Notes: generated by a model not told the origin, from the letters alone. Counted from the first letter of the stretch, positions 36,530 to 49,339 are shown. The stretch is DNA of 64,000 nucleotides from Narcine bancroftii (GCF_036971445.1 NC_091475.1:151962001-152026000), one strand, 5' to 3'. Numbers and translations are program-made.

Positions 36530-36880
36530 ACCAGGCAGGATACGAGGCTCAAGATTGACTCGCGGAAACCAGGTATCGGGTCCAGATCTCGAGAGGGTGC
36601 TGCCCCTGAAAAGGTTCTAGGTGCTGAAAGCTTCCTGATCTATCAGAGGTTTGGATCCTGAAGCTTGGATTAACCAATAGATTGGACAGGAGGCTGTGTG
36701 GCTGCAGAGGCCGTGAGAATACTGGAGTCGAATCCACAGACACTGTCTCTGAGGGGAATTTTGCTTCTTTTACATATTGGGGGTGCTGGGCAATACTAGT
36801 GGCACCTCCTTGTGTGCTTTTACAGCAGGCAAATGTTGATGAATCTTATGCAGTATTATGTGACAATAAAGGAATCTTTA
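36530..36880 (+). repeat. Unclassified SINE-like repeat with Rex1-type tail, copy 3 (longest)
   Basis: gaatccacagacactgtctctgagggg...tgtgacaataaaggaatctt, aligns with 33085-33335. Confidence 0.55.
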
Positions 36881-39800
36881 GTTAAAAAAAACTTCAGGGC
36901 TCTAACTTCAAGGGTGAGAGAGACAAATGATAATGCAATGACATTTCTTCACATGATGCTGCTTGTCAACACAGGCAGATTCTTCAGTTACTTGGGGCAA
37001 ACATTACATTAGTTTATACTTCAGTGAATTCCATAGCTCCAGAGATAAGATGTGCTATGATACCAGACAACTGAGATTGCATTATAATTTGTATTCTCAA
37101 GTTGCAGCGTTTCAGGCAATCTCCAAATCTGTATTTGTGATAGAATCCTCAATTTGAAATTTTATAAGCTGATGGCACATTTTCTCCTATGATTCACTTA
37201 ACCCCAAAGGATACTCACAAATCTTTAGCTGAAAAAAAAGGAATATTCAGCAGAAGGAGTAAAATAAAACAAAAGCTGTCTTTATGAAATGAGAGACCCG
37301 ACAATTCCCAATGTGTGTGCCTTGCACAGTCAACTGTAACCCAAAGATAAACATTCAGCAATCATTAACCTTGGCCATCAAAATCTAAGAGAGAACAAAA
37401 AAGTGCAAGGCACTCGTATTTTGTATTTTCAGTACTTGGAAAATCCCAGGCTGAATTGCCAGGTTTCCCAAGCCATTAACCTTGTACGCCTTATGGTTGA
37501 ATTCTATAGGGTTGCTGACAAGCCTCAATACCTCACTAAATCCAATTAAAAGGAATAAATTGATAGCAGTCTTTGTTCGAGATCAATCCAAAGTCTAGGC
37601 AAGATGTGCATGCATGTAAAGAACCCTCTCTTCCTCTCATCGTCATTTATCAGCTGCCTGATCCCCAGTGTAGCTGGATTTCAGAACCTGAGACATTGTT
37701 ATTGCAACATGTAGTTTGGCAAGATTTAACAAATACTGTTATCACATTCCAACACGTTCCCCAAGAGCTTTTTTTCTCCACATCTCATTCTGCCCCTTAC
37801 TTTTTAACTCCATGTCTCTTTTGCAAATATTGTGCCTCTCATGTGATTGACTGAAGAATTTGTCTTATTTATTATACACACCATACATATCTTGGGTCAT
37901 TAATCAATATCAATTATTATCATTTTAAACACTCCAAAAAGTTATTTTCAAATTATTTATAAATTTTTATTTAATCATAATTCCAAAAGAACCCAGCTTT
38001 TGCCAGTCACCCTCAATAATGATAACAAATGTACTTCACCAGAGTAAAACATAATGGGGTAAACATGAACATCTGTCTTAGTTTGACTTTGTTGAAAAAT
38101 ACAATAGAATGAGAAACTCATTGCTTGTTTGTTGCTATCTTTTTCTTATTTTTCCACCCCTTTTCTCCACAAAATGTGTACTGTAAATTTGATACGTTAA
38201 GTGAATCACAGGAGAAAATACGCTATCAGTTTCTAAAATTCTATCACAAATACAGATTTGGAAATTGCCTAAAATGCTGCAACTTGAGAATAGAAATTAC
38301 AATGCAATCTTAGTTGTCTGGTATCATAGTACATCTCATCTATGGAATGATAGGATTCATTGAGGTATAAACCAAAGTAATGTTTGCCCCAAGTAACAAT
38401 GGCAATGGTGTGTGCAATTACAAGAGTTAGCCTCTGGGAGATCCTTACTGTTGCAAAACTTACTGGGGCACTCCAAGTTAAAGCACATCAACAACTTGAA
38501 ACCTAAATGGAATCCACACAATTCTGGATCAGAATTCCTTGTATGTATCCTCAGCAGGATGCTTGAAAACATTGGTTGGAGGCTCCTTGTCCAAACACAT
38601 GATAATCAAATTCACAGCAGTAAACTGTTCTGAACATTGGAAACCAATCACACTAGAAATTTTGTGGATAAAGAGAAGGAAAGGGATGGAAAAATTAGAA
38701 AAAAGATAGCAATAATTGTGTTCCTTATTCTATTGTATTTTTAAATAACGTCAACAGTTTCTTTGACAGAAAGGAGGTGCTGAGAAAAACTGCTTGAAGG
38801 TGAAGGCACCCGAGGTCATGTCGCCTTCACTCTTGTGGGAATGTGGAAAGCTGATAAGGGTGGTACAGAGACAGAAAATTAACAAGAGATTAACAATGAG
38901 GTAGGGAATGACCTACTAGTTATTAATTATAAACATCCTGCACCATACCTAAATGAAAGGTGGGTCAAAGAAGCAGGTAGAGCAGTAAAGGAGGCAGGTG
39001 CTCAGGATTTATATTTATTCTGTGTAACTTGCTTTAAAAAGGAATGAATTCAATGCCAACAACTAAAATTTGTGTTCAAAGGCATTTCATTATCCATGAG
39101 GATCATTAAAACTTCTGACTAAAGCTTGTAAAAAAATCAAATTCCTCTTTTGTATCATAAATCACTTCTCTGCGAGATAGAGCCAGAGCATAATGACTCT
39201 TTGCCAGCCTTTGTACTGCACACAAAGCCACTTTTCGCTGTATTTCGGTGCATGTGACAATAAAAAAATCCAAAACTTATCTCAAGAAAGATATTGAATT
39301 AGTTATGAATGACATAGGGACACAGGAATCTTTATAAATTTATTTTAGCACCAAAGATAATTTAGGGTGTGATGTATCAACTCAAGAGATGGCTTCCAAG
39401 TAAAATATGAGAATAGGGGACAAATTTAGGATAAATGCCTGGAAATTCTTGGCATGCAGAACTCTTCTTTAAATTGCTGGAATCGACACGAATTCCATAC
39501 AGTTGACCTGCTGTAAAGTCTATCAGCTTGTGATGACAACCTGTCTCTATCAGAGAATCCCCTTTTCCACAAACACATTCCTTTATTCTCACACAAAGAA
39601 GAAAGACTGCAGATGCTGTTAATACTCCTCAGTCCAGGCAGCACCTGTAGGGGGGGGGGGGGGGGGGTGGAAATAATGAGCTGCATTTTCATGTCAATGA
39701 CTTATCATTAATACTAGAGTATGAAGGTAAGGAAAGAGGGAATAAGGATCAAATATGATAGGATGAAAGGTAGTAAAGAGTAAACAATGAGGAAGGGGAG

Positions 39801-40613
39801 AGAGCAAAATTCAAGGAAATTAGACTGGTTATCAAGGGGTCTCTCGGGCATGATGGCAATCCCTCATTTGAGCAACAAAAGAAAGTTGGACAATCTGAAT
39901 GTAGAAAGGCTCAATGATTAAACAGTCTGAACATGATAGCAAAGTGCTGGAGGGATGTTAAAATGAATATGGAGACCACCAATATAAACCTAACAATAAG
40001 TAGATATGGGGAGACCCAATTAAGCTTCCAAGAAGAATTTTGAAGATGTCATAAAAAGCAGAAAAGGTAAAAGGAATGAGATTTCAGATTAATGCTCCAC
40101 TTAAAGGGGGGGAGGAGGTGTTGACAATGCTAACGTAGTCAACTGCTTGAGTTCAGGGGAAGACTGCAGAAAGTGATAAGGGGAAGGAAAAATGGAACTA
40201 AAATATAAAAGAATGTGGAGGGAAGAGAAAGGACAAGAAATATGGTTGGAAGTAACAGGAAGAAATAATGAATTTACAGGAATGCCAGTCGCTTCAAAAA
40301 GATACCAATGAGCAATATACCAAGCCAAGATGAATCATGAAGGACAGGGGTGTGAACTTCTTTCAGATAACCAATATCTCCATCATCCTGGTTACAATCT
40401 CTGCTACCTTTGGATAGAAAGTACAGAAGTCTGCAGAACAGCATCTCTATTTTTAATTTTTTTATTTAATTGTTTTCATCATTACAGAAAAAAATGAATA
40501 AAATATTAGTCAAATATCCATTGCCAATTATACAAAAAAAGTACTTTTATATTTTTCTCCCCATCCCCCCTCCCACCCAAAAATAAGAAAAGGAAAGAAA
40601 AGAAAGAAACACC

Positions 40614-40881
40614 TGTTGTAGTGCACATCTCTGTGAGCAAACCGGCCCCATTTGTAATGCCGTGCTGGCGGGGCAACTGCAGAAAGATGGCGCCATCAGG
40701 GCTTGCTCTTGCCTTGTGGCTTAGGCCACAGCTCATGCCCTGGGCAACGTGGTGACGTCACCGCTGCGCGGGGCAGAATTTCCATTGGCCTTAAAGGGTC
40801 CCGTGCAAAATTCAAATAAATAGTTCAGCTGAAACCCCACCGAGTTCAGTGGTATGTTTTTGTGTTGTAGCATCCGCTACA
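40614..40881 (+). repeat. 5' LTR of the CsRn1-like element (start 40614 or 40617)
   Basis: TG...GCTACA, palindrome GGTGACGTCACC, AATAAA; homologous to 44488-44730. Confidence 0.88.
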
Positions 40882-40882
40882 T

Positions 40883-40893
40883 TGGTGACCCCG
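40883..40893 (+). other. Primer binding site, tRNA-Trp type
   Basis: TGGTGACCCCG 1 nt after the LTR, complementary to the tRNA-Trp 3' end; tRNA-Trp priming is characteristic of the CsRn1 lineage. Confidence 0.82.
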
Positions 40894-40923
40894 CAGAGCC
40901 CAGATGTTATCTGGTCTCCGAAC

Positions 40924-43900
40924 ATGGATTCGTCAGTGATCAGCGCTGTTTCTGTGAAATACCCCCCTTTTTGGACCCATCGGCTCCGCACGTGGTTCGG
41001 GCAGGCGGAGGTGCAGTTTCATCTTAGGCTGATCACCTCGGACTCCGCAATGTTCTACCATGTGGTGAATGTGCTTGATGAAGAAACTGCGGCCAGAGTG
41101 GATGACCTGATCTATGATCCTCAAGAGGAGGGCAAGTATGTTGCCCTCAAAGCCTTCCTCCTCAGCACCTTCGGTCTCTCCCGTTGGCAGCGTGCAGCCA
41201 GGCTGATGCACCTCAATGGCCTGAGGACAGAACCCCATCCTCCTTAATGGATGAAATGCTCGCACTGGCAGAAGATCACAAACCCTGCTGGATGTCTGAG
41301 CCAGCCTTCCTTGAACAAATTCCAGAAGACATCCAGCTCCTTCTAGCGGACAAGGACTTCTCAGACCCCCGAAAGGTCGCAGCCCACGCCGACATGCTGT
41401 GGCGAACTAAACAAGAGAAAGAGGCCGCCATGAACAAGGACACCCGCCCTGGACGCAGCCGACCACAGGCCGCCCCATGACAGAGGACGGAGGAACACCA
41501 ATCCATCTGATGTTTCTACCACCAGCCCGCAAGAGCTGCCAACCCTGCTCATGCCGCCACTGATGGCCGCAATGGCTTGCCACACAAACATCCTTACACG
41601 TGGTTGACAAGACCAAGGGACGGATTTTCCTGGTGGACACCGGAGCAGAGTTGAGTGTGATGCCCCTGACCACCCTTGAATCCCGCACAAGAGCACGAAG
41701 CCTCACCCTGCAGGCAGCGAGCAGCACCGACATGAAGACCTTGAGCACACGGACAATTCAGGTACACCTCGGGCCAGACAAATACCATTGGAAGTTCCTA
41801 CTGGCCACCGTGAGAACCACGCTGTTAGGAGCCGACTTCCTCCAAGAGTATAGCTTGCTGGTCGACCTGAAGGACAAGAGGTTTGTGAACGCCCGGACCT
41901 TACAGACCCTCCAACTCGGGCCATCCAGTGTGCACAGCCCGGGGATAGCGACCATCTCCCGCATCCTAGATGAGTTCCCCACCATTTTACGGCCACAATT
42001 CACTGGCACCCCATGCCTCAACATGGCGTCCGCCACCACATCGCCACACAGGGCACTCACTCCACGCCAAGGCCAGACGTCTGCCGGCGGAGAAGCTGCA
42101 GCTAGCGAAAGAGGAGCTCCTGCCTCCAGGAGCTCGTCATAGCCTGCAGGTTGGACAGTCCCTGGGCTTCTCCCCTGCACATGGTCCCAAAGGCCTCCAT
42201 GGGTTGGCGCCTGTGTGGGGACAACCACCGGCTCAATGACGCAACCACGCCTGACCCATACCCCACCCCCCACGTTCAGGACTTCACAGCCAACTTACAT
42301 GGTGCCAAAGTTTTCTCTAAGGTCGACTTGGTGAGGGGCTACCATCAAATCCCTGTACACCCAGATGACATTGGCAAAACCGCCATCATCACACCGTTTG
42401 ACCTTTTTGAATTCCTTTGGATGCCCTTTGGCCTGAAGAACACAGCCCAAACCTTCCAGTGGCTTATGGATGCAGTGGGTAGAGACTTGGACTTCGGGTT
42501 CATCTATCTTGATGACATCCTCATTGCCAGTCAAATTCACAATGAGCACAAATCCTACATCTACATACTGTTCGCCCGACTGGCTGAATTCGGCCTCACT
42601 GTCAACGTGGCCAAATGTCAGTTCGGGAAAGAGTCACTAGAATTCCTCGGCCATACGATCACCACAGATGGGGCAGCACCGTTGCAAGACAAGGTCAAGG
42701 GCATACAACTTTTCCCCAGGGCAGACACACTCAAGGGCCTACAGGAGTTCACCGGGATGGTTGACTTCTACCACCGCTTCACCCGGGGGTCACCCACATA
42801 ATGCGCCCACTGTTTGCCTTGATCTCAACCAAACAAAAGACACTTGGTTGGTCGAAAGAGGCCGAGAAAGCCTTCACACAGACCAAGGCCGCCCTCACTA
42901 CTGGCCCACCCATGGCCCGACGTCCACACAGCACTCTTGGTGGACGCGTCCGCCACAGCCATTGAGGGCGTTCTTGAGCAAGAGGTCATCGGGCAGTGGC
43001 ACTTCTGACCACCCAAGCTGAAGTACAGTGTGCTCGACAGGGAGTTTCTGGCCTTGTACCTCTCAATCAGGCTCTTCCTCTACTTCCTGGAGGGCAGACA
43101 GTTCACTGTTTTCACGGACAACAAGCTGTTCACTCAGGCCCTCGCCATGGCTAAGGATCCCTGGTTGGCGCACCAGCAGTAACACTTTTCCTATATCTCG
43201 GAGTTCACCACCGACATCCGACACTGGGCGGGTAAGGATAATGTTGTTGCCGACACATTCTCCAGACCTACCATCCACAACTTTTCCCCCTGCCTGAATG
43301 AACTCTGCCCAATTAGCTCAGGCACATAGGGAGAACAAAGAGAAGCTGGCCTTCCGAACCGCCATCACTGGCCCGCGTCTCGAGGACCTGTAGCTGCTGG
43401 GCAGCCACGACACGGTCCTGTGTGATGTCTCGACCGGATCGCAGCAACAAGGTAGTCCCTCCGCAGTGGAGGCAGGAGGCGTTCCGGACAATTCATGACC
43501 TGGCCCACCCCTCAGTCAAGACATGGGTGCACATGGTGGCGGAACGTTTCGTCTAGCATGGATTAAAAAACAAGTGGCCCAGATGGCGAGGAACTGCATG
43601 CATTGCCAAGCCTCCAAAGTCCAGCACCATGTCAGAGCCACAATACAACATTTTGACCAGCCAGCCAAGAGGTTTGACCATATCCACATTGAGATAGTGG
43701 GCCCTATACCGGTGTCCAGGGACACCCGCTATCTCCTGACTGTGGTCAACCAGACATTGAGGTGGCCGGAAGCCATCCCCATCAGGGACACTTCTGCCGA
43801 GTCCTGTGCTAGACCCCTGCTCACTAACTGAGTCACCTGGTTCGGCGTCCCAGCCCACCTGACCAGCGACAGAGGCACCCAGTTACCTCCGCCCTCTGGG

Positions 43901-44460
43901 CACAATTGGCAAACTGTTTGGGAATCAAGCTCCACCACACCACAGCCTATCACCCACCAAGCAAATGGACTCGTAGAGTGCTTCCACCGGCACCTCAAGG
44001 CGGCTCTCATGGCGCAGCTAAAAGGACCCAACTGGACAGACGAGCTGCCGTGGGTCCTGTTTGGCATTTGAATGGTTCCGAAAGAGGACCTCCAGGCTTC
44101 ATCCGTGGAACTCGTCTATGGTGCACCGCTGTCGCTACCAGGGGAGTTTTTCAGAGTGGACAAAGAATCCAGAGGTGAGATCCCAACCCTTCTCGCGGAC
44201 CTCCGGAACAGACTCGCCTCGCTGGCACCCCCACCACCAACCCATGATGGCATGCACCCGGCGAACATCCCCAGAGAGCTGGTGGAGTTCGTGTTCGTCC
44301 AACCCCCCTGCAGTGCCAATATAAGGCCCATGCAAGGTCCTCCATTGATCGGGAGACTTTCACGGTTGACCGACTGAAACCGGCACAGGTGGACTTAGAC
44401 CAACCCATGCAGATGAGCCAACCGAAAAGGAGGGCTCAGCCGCTCAAATGGTGGGACACG
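40924..44460 (+). pseudogene. Disrupted gag-pol of the CsRn1-like element
   Basis: ORF fragments 40849-41247, 41184-41480, 41600-42142, 42151-42801, 43523-43831 and 44072-44377, with many stops and frameshifts. Confidence 0.9.
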
Positions 44461-44487
44461 TGAACCGGTTCTGGGGGGGGGGAGGGG

Positions 44488-44730
44488 GTGAACGAACCAG
44501 CCCCGCTTGTACCACCACGCTGGCAGGAAGAAAGATGGAGCCGTCGGGATTTGCTCTTGCCTCGTGGCCTAAGCCACAGGTCATGCCCCAGTCAACATGG
44601 TGACGTCACCGCTGCGCAGGGCAGAACTCCCATTGGCCTTAAAGGGGCATGCGCGAAATTCAAATAAACAATTCAACTGAAACTCCCGTCGAGTTCAGTG
44701 GTGTGTTTCTGTGTTGTAGCAGCTGCTACA
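44488..44730 (+). repeat. 3' LTR of the CsRn1-like element (first bases missing)
   Basis: Follows a poly-G PPT, aligns to the 5' LTR from gtga.c.aacc, ends GCTACA. Confidence 0.88.
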
Positions 44731-45822
44731 CGCCTATCATTTATTATACAGTAATATTAGCATAGACAATCATTAATTGTTATTAAAAATTACTAATTAA
44801 TAAGAGTGGATAAGATAGAAGAGGAGACCAGCATCTCTTGATATAAGAATAGTTTCTTTCCAACAGCTGTCAGACCCTTGAACCTCCCCTTGTCACACTA
44901 ATATGGTTGCTCTGACAGCACAAAAGGACTGGATTACTATGAATATTTAAACCAATCATATTTATTGTATTTTAAAAATATATATAATTAGTTTACTATC
45001 ATAGTTTTCTTTTACAAGTAATTGTTCAGTTGCAGCAAGAATTTTAGTATATTGTAGAAAGTGTACGACAATGAACTCATCATATGCAGATCTCGATAAA
45101 GCTACTGACCACGACATGAGGCTGAAAATTTTGTATGGCAATAAAATACACTACAAATAAATTTCCAAAGATACTTTTCAAAATAAACTGATCCCTGCTT
45201 TAGCCCCACACCCTTCCACATTGCTGATCCCACCTCCAGTCACAGAGTCCCATAGCATGGAAACATTCCAGCCCACAGACCCGTCCTTTCCATTGTGAAC
45301 AACATGCCCTTCTGCTTTAGTCCCACTTGCTCGCATTAGGCCCAGACCCATTCTATCTCCTCCTATCAATGTAGTTATCCAAATGTTTCTTAAAGGAAGC
45401 TAACATACCATACCTATCTGGCAGCTCATTCCATATGCCCACCAACCCCCGAGTGAAGAACTGTCCCCTCATATTGCTTCTAAATCAGAACTCTCTCACC
45501 TCATTTTTATGCCTCATGTCTTCCTGTGCTAGGAAACACTCACTTTTCACCTTACCTGATTTTATAGATCTTAATAAAATTCACTCTCAAGCTCCAACAC
45601 TCTGAAAACAAGGCTTGTTTCTTTCTATCCTTCATAATAACTCAACTACTCTAATCCTTGCCATAAAGTCAAAAACTTCTTCTATATCCTCTCTAATGAT
45701 ATATCTTTCCCATTGCTAGGAGAGCAAAACTGCAAAAAATATTCCAATGTGGCCTTGTCGATGGCTTGTATAACTTCAACTTGATGACCCAACCCTTGTA
45801 TTCAATGCCCCGACTGATGGCA

Positions 45823-45914
45823 GACAGCATATAGGAGGGAGATTGAAAACTTAGCTGAAATGTGTACTGACAGCATATAGGAGGGAGATTGAAAACTTGG
45901 CTGAAATGTGTACT
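45823..45914 (+). repeat. 46-bp tandem duplication at the Rex1 5' junction
   Basis: gacagcatataggagggagattgaaaactt(a/g)gctgaaatgtgtact at 45823-45868 and 45869-45914, one mismatch. Confidence 0.95.
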
Positions 45915-46728
45915 AACAACAACTTTGTGCTCAATGTCACCAATCCAAAGGAGGCAACTTTAGGAAACGAAAACCAGAGATATACGATCCAGAGATCATT
46001 GGGGTGGAGAGGGTGAGCAAATTTAAATTCCTGGGATTCACTATCTTGGAGACCCTTTCCTAGACCCAACGTTGTAATGAAGTCATGAGGAAAGAACATC
46101 AGTGCCTCTGCTTCCTCGGGAGTTTGCAGAAGTTTGGTATAATATCGTAAACATTGACAAACCTCTACAGATGTGTAGTGTAATGTGTACTAACAGGCTG
46201 CAAAACTGTCTGGTATAGGGACAGTGATACTTCTCAGCCCTGCAAAAGTGGTGGACTCAGCTCAGAACATCACAGGCAAAAATCTCCCCACCATCGAGAA
46301 AATTTACATAGAACGCTGCCGTTGGAGAGCAGCAGCAATCAGCAAGAATACACACCACTTAGGACATGCTCTGCTCTCAATGCTGCCATCAAGAATGAGC
46401 ATTAGGTGCCACAAGACTCTTGCCACCAGGGTCAGAAACAGTTGCTACCCCTCAACCATCAGACCCCCTATACAACAAATTGAATTGGAGATTAATTTAA
46501 GTATTCTAAATCTGTACATTATTTATTATTGAATATTTTTTTCCTGCATTGAACAATTAGTTTACATTTCTTTCTTTGTTCACATTTCTCTTTTTACGCA
46601 CATCTTTTCTTGAAAGCAGTGTTTTCTTGATAAGCAGAAATTCCTCCTGGCCTGTGGGGAAAAGAATCTCAGGGTTGTATATGATGGCATGTCTGAATTC
46701 TGACAATTAATCTGAACATTGAACTTCG
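45823..46728 (+). mobile_element. Rex1/Babar LINE, 5'-truncated
   Basis: AYRREIENL, FKFLG, KVVDSAQNITG, LLSMLPS, NSCYPSTIR; tail tgacaattaatctgaacattgaactt. Confidence 0.9.
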
Positions 46729-48214
46729 AAGGCAAGGGCCTCAAACATTCTCTTTACTACTCTATCTATCTGTGCTGCAATTTTTAATGAGCTATGTACC
46801 TACATTACATGGTCTCTCTATTCCATAGCACCCTCCAGGATTCTGCCTTTAACAGAGTATCCTGCCCAGAGTTCCTCCAGCTCTTTGTGTGTTGCCAAGT
46901 TTTCCAGCATTGAAACCCTAGGTAAACTTCATAGTAAACATCATAGCACATATTTTTGTATCATCAGTAAACTTATTGTTTTCCATCTTTGTCCAAATTA
47001 TTAGTATATTACAAAAAGCAAGGGTCCTTGTACCAATCCTGAGGCACTCCACTAGTCATGAAAAACTTCCCTTTTCAACCACTCTCTGACTCCTATCACT
47101 GAATATTTTAAAAATATATATAAACACACTTGCCCTCCCACATGCCTTACCCTTCCATATCAACTTCCTTGGTGGGACCTTCTCAAACAGTTTACTAAGA
47201 TCAATGCAATAACATCAACTGCCTCATCTTCATCTACCCTCTTTGTCACCTCTTCAAAAAATAAGACAAAATTTCCCAAGCACAAATTCATGTTGCCTAT
47301 TCTCATTTTTCCTCTGGGCATCCAAATTATGACATATTCTGTCTCTCCAGAATCCTCTCCAGCAGTTTGCCTATCACTGACATTAGACTAACAGGCCTGT
47401 AATTATCCAGATTATCCTTTCAGCTCCTTATAAAGAATGGCAGCATCTTTCCCATTCTCCAGTCCACCTGAACCCCTCCTGTCCTCAGCCATATAAAAAT
47501 GTCTGTCAAGGCCCCAACAATTTCCTTCCTGCCTTCTTACAATCTTCGGGGAGAAACCTGGTCTGGACTGTAGATTCATCCAACTTAATATGATCTAAGA
47601 TTGCCAAAGTCCCATCACTTACTGGTGCAGACCTGCACTAGGCCATCTTCAGTTACCTCACTCATCTCCCATTCCTGTATATCCTGCTCCACAGAAAACA
47701 CATTAGCAAAGTATTCTTTTAAAATCTTCCTCATCTCCTTTGGCTCCACACATGTGTCCATCCTGATCCTTAAAGGGACCTATACTTTCTCTTGTGACCC
47801 TTTTGTTCTTAATATATTTATAGAATATTTTGGATCCTCCCTTACACTGACAGAATTGAAATGGGGATAGTAAGTTATCCATAATGGAATGGCCAGGTAG
47901 CCTCAATGGGCCAAATGTTCCTACGTCTTTTGTTTTCCACATCCATCTAAAAATCTCTTTTAGCCCCACTTATTTTCTTCTTCTCTATGCTCCTACATTC
48001 CTTATTCTCATGGGATTCCTTCAAATCCGTCTGCATGTATCTGATAGAAGCCTCCCATTTCTGTTCTGTATCTCTATATCTCTAGTTAACCAGAATTCCT
48101 TTACATTGCCAGTCCTGCCCTTCACCCCACTGGGAACATGTTTATCCTGGACTTTCCTTATCATGCTCTTAAATGCCTCCCTTTTGGCAGTCAAGCTTTG
48201 ACTCACGATCACAC

Positions 48215-49300
48215 ATGGTTAAGCAGATTAGGTTGACAAGAACCTGAACATGGTGTTCAAGTGGATGTGAAGATAACACTGCTGCTTAGTGCTCAAGTTG
48301 ACCCAAAAGGTATGGATCTGAATAAGTAAACAATGATAGACAAAGCAGAGGAAAGTAAGCAAGGTAAGCACAAGAGTGATTGATGACAGAGCCAATCATG
48401 TTTACAATTGACTGGTCCATGTCAGATGTTGAGAGAAGAGGCTGTGACCCTGCTAAGTCTTACATCACAGCGCTGAGAAGTATTGCACCCATATTATACT
48501 GTCAGTACTTTTATACTTGCTTGCTGGAGCGTTTGCTTTTATTCACAGTCACTTGTAAATAGAACTATTCTTTGTACCTATGGTTAGATTCTAATTGCAT
48601 TTTGTTGGCTTTGTAATTGTACTTGGCACAATGACAATAAAGATGACTACAATCTAATATAATAAGAGCCAATATACCAGGTATGGTTATGTGGAAACAT
48701 GTTAATGAGGACTAGAAAGGAATACTGTAACGTGGTGCTCAAGTGGATCTGAAAGAGGGAGGGCTTAGTGGACCATGCAGCCTGAACAAGGAACAGACTG
48801 ACCGAGTGAACATGCAACTAACCATGCAATGTGCAACAATTATGAGCTGCCGAGTGAAGCAGGACAAGTTGGGCGTTTGTAAGTCAACCAAGTGTCGCGT
48901 GGATGTGCAGGCTGATGAGCCAGTACACCACAAATGGGTAACTAAATTCAGTTGACAAGGACCTGAAAGGAAAGAACAAGTGGACCTGAAAGGGTAAACA
49001 ATGATAGGGAGCGCTCAGGAAAGTAAGCAAGGAATGCACAAATGCGATTGATGATAGAACCAATAGTTTTTTTCAAGAAGGCGGGCAATGTGAGATGTTG
49101 GTGAAAAGCCAGCAAAAATATGTAAATGAAGACTGAAAGGAATATGGCAACGAATCACTCAAGCGGTCCCTGAAACTAACCATGCAACGTGCAACAGTTA
49201 TGAACTGCCAAATGGAGTGGAGTGTTCGTAAACCAAGCGATGCAAGGATGAACCAATGCACCATGTATGGGTATCTAAATTAGATTGACAAAGATCGGCA
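48215..49300. repeat. Degenerate tandem array, about 2.3 units of roughly 330-440 bp
   Basis: Paired blocks at 48326/48994, 48701/49122, 48816/49174 and 48934/49267; recurring CAAGTGGA(T/C)CTGAA sub-motif. Confidence 0.8.
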
Positions 49301-49339
49301 AGATGGGAGGGGCCTAACAGATACTGGAGAAGTGCCATC

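Larger units (their letters stand above)
40614..44730 (+). mobile_element. Ty3/Gypsy LTR retrotransposon, CsRn1-like, old and degenerate
   Basis: Two diverged LTRs ending GCTACA, Trp PBS, gag (AVSVKYPPFW..WFGQAEVQF), PR (FLVDTGAE), RT (WASPLHMVPK, YLDD), RNase H and integrase remnants, G-rich PPT. Possible TSD CACC/CGCC. Confidence 0.95.
40370..45080 (+). mobile_element. Rex1/Babar 3' fragment split by nested inserts (host pieces 40370-40448 and 44825-45080)
   Basis: Rejoined reading RKYRSLQNSIS*YKNSFFPTAVRPLN. A 14-bp duplication AGA(A/C)CAGCATCTCT lies at 40435-40448 and 44825-44838. Confidence 0.75.
45240..48210 (-). mobile_element. CR1 LINE, degraded, interrupted by Rex1 at 45823-46728
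   Basis: KIFYKYIKNKRVTRESIGPFKDQ, NYRPVSLMS (ctgacattagactaacaggcctgtaatt), CR1 3' end near 45250. Host resumes at gaaggcaa (46728). Confidence 0.85.

Noticed and set aside
39649-39668. Long poly-G runs (also about 19432-19448 and 44473-44488)
   Set aside because: Simple homopolymers with unreliable length; the last is the PPT region of the LTR element.
45823-49300. Repeat-spacer-like patterns as a possible CRISPR array
   Set aside because: Eukaryotic TE context, no cas genes, only 2-3 long degenerate units, no regular repeat-spacer period.
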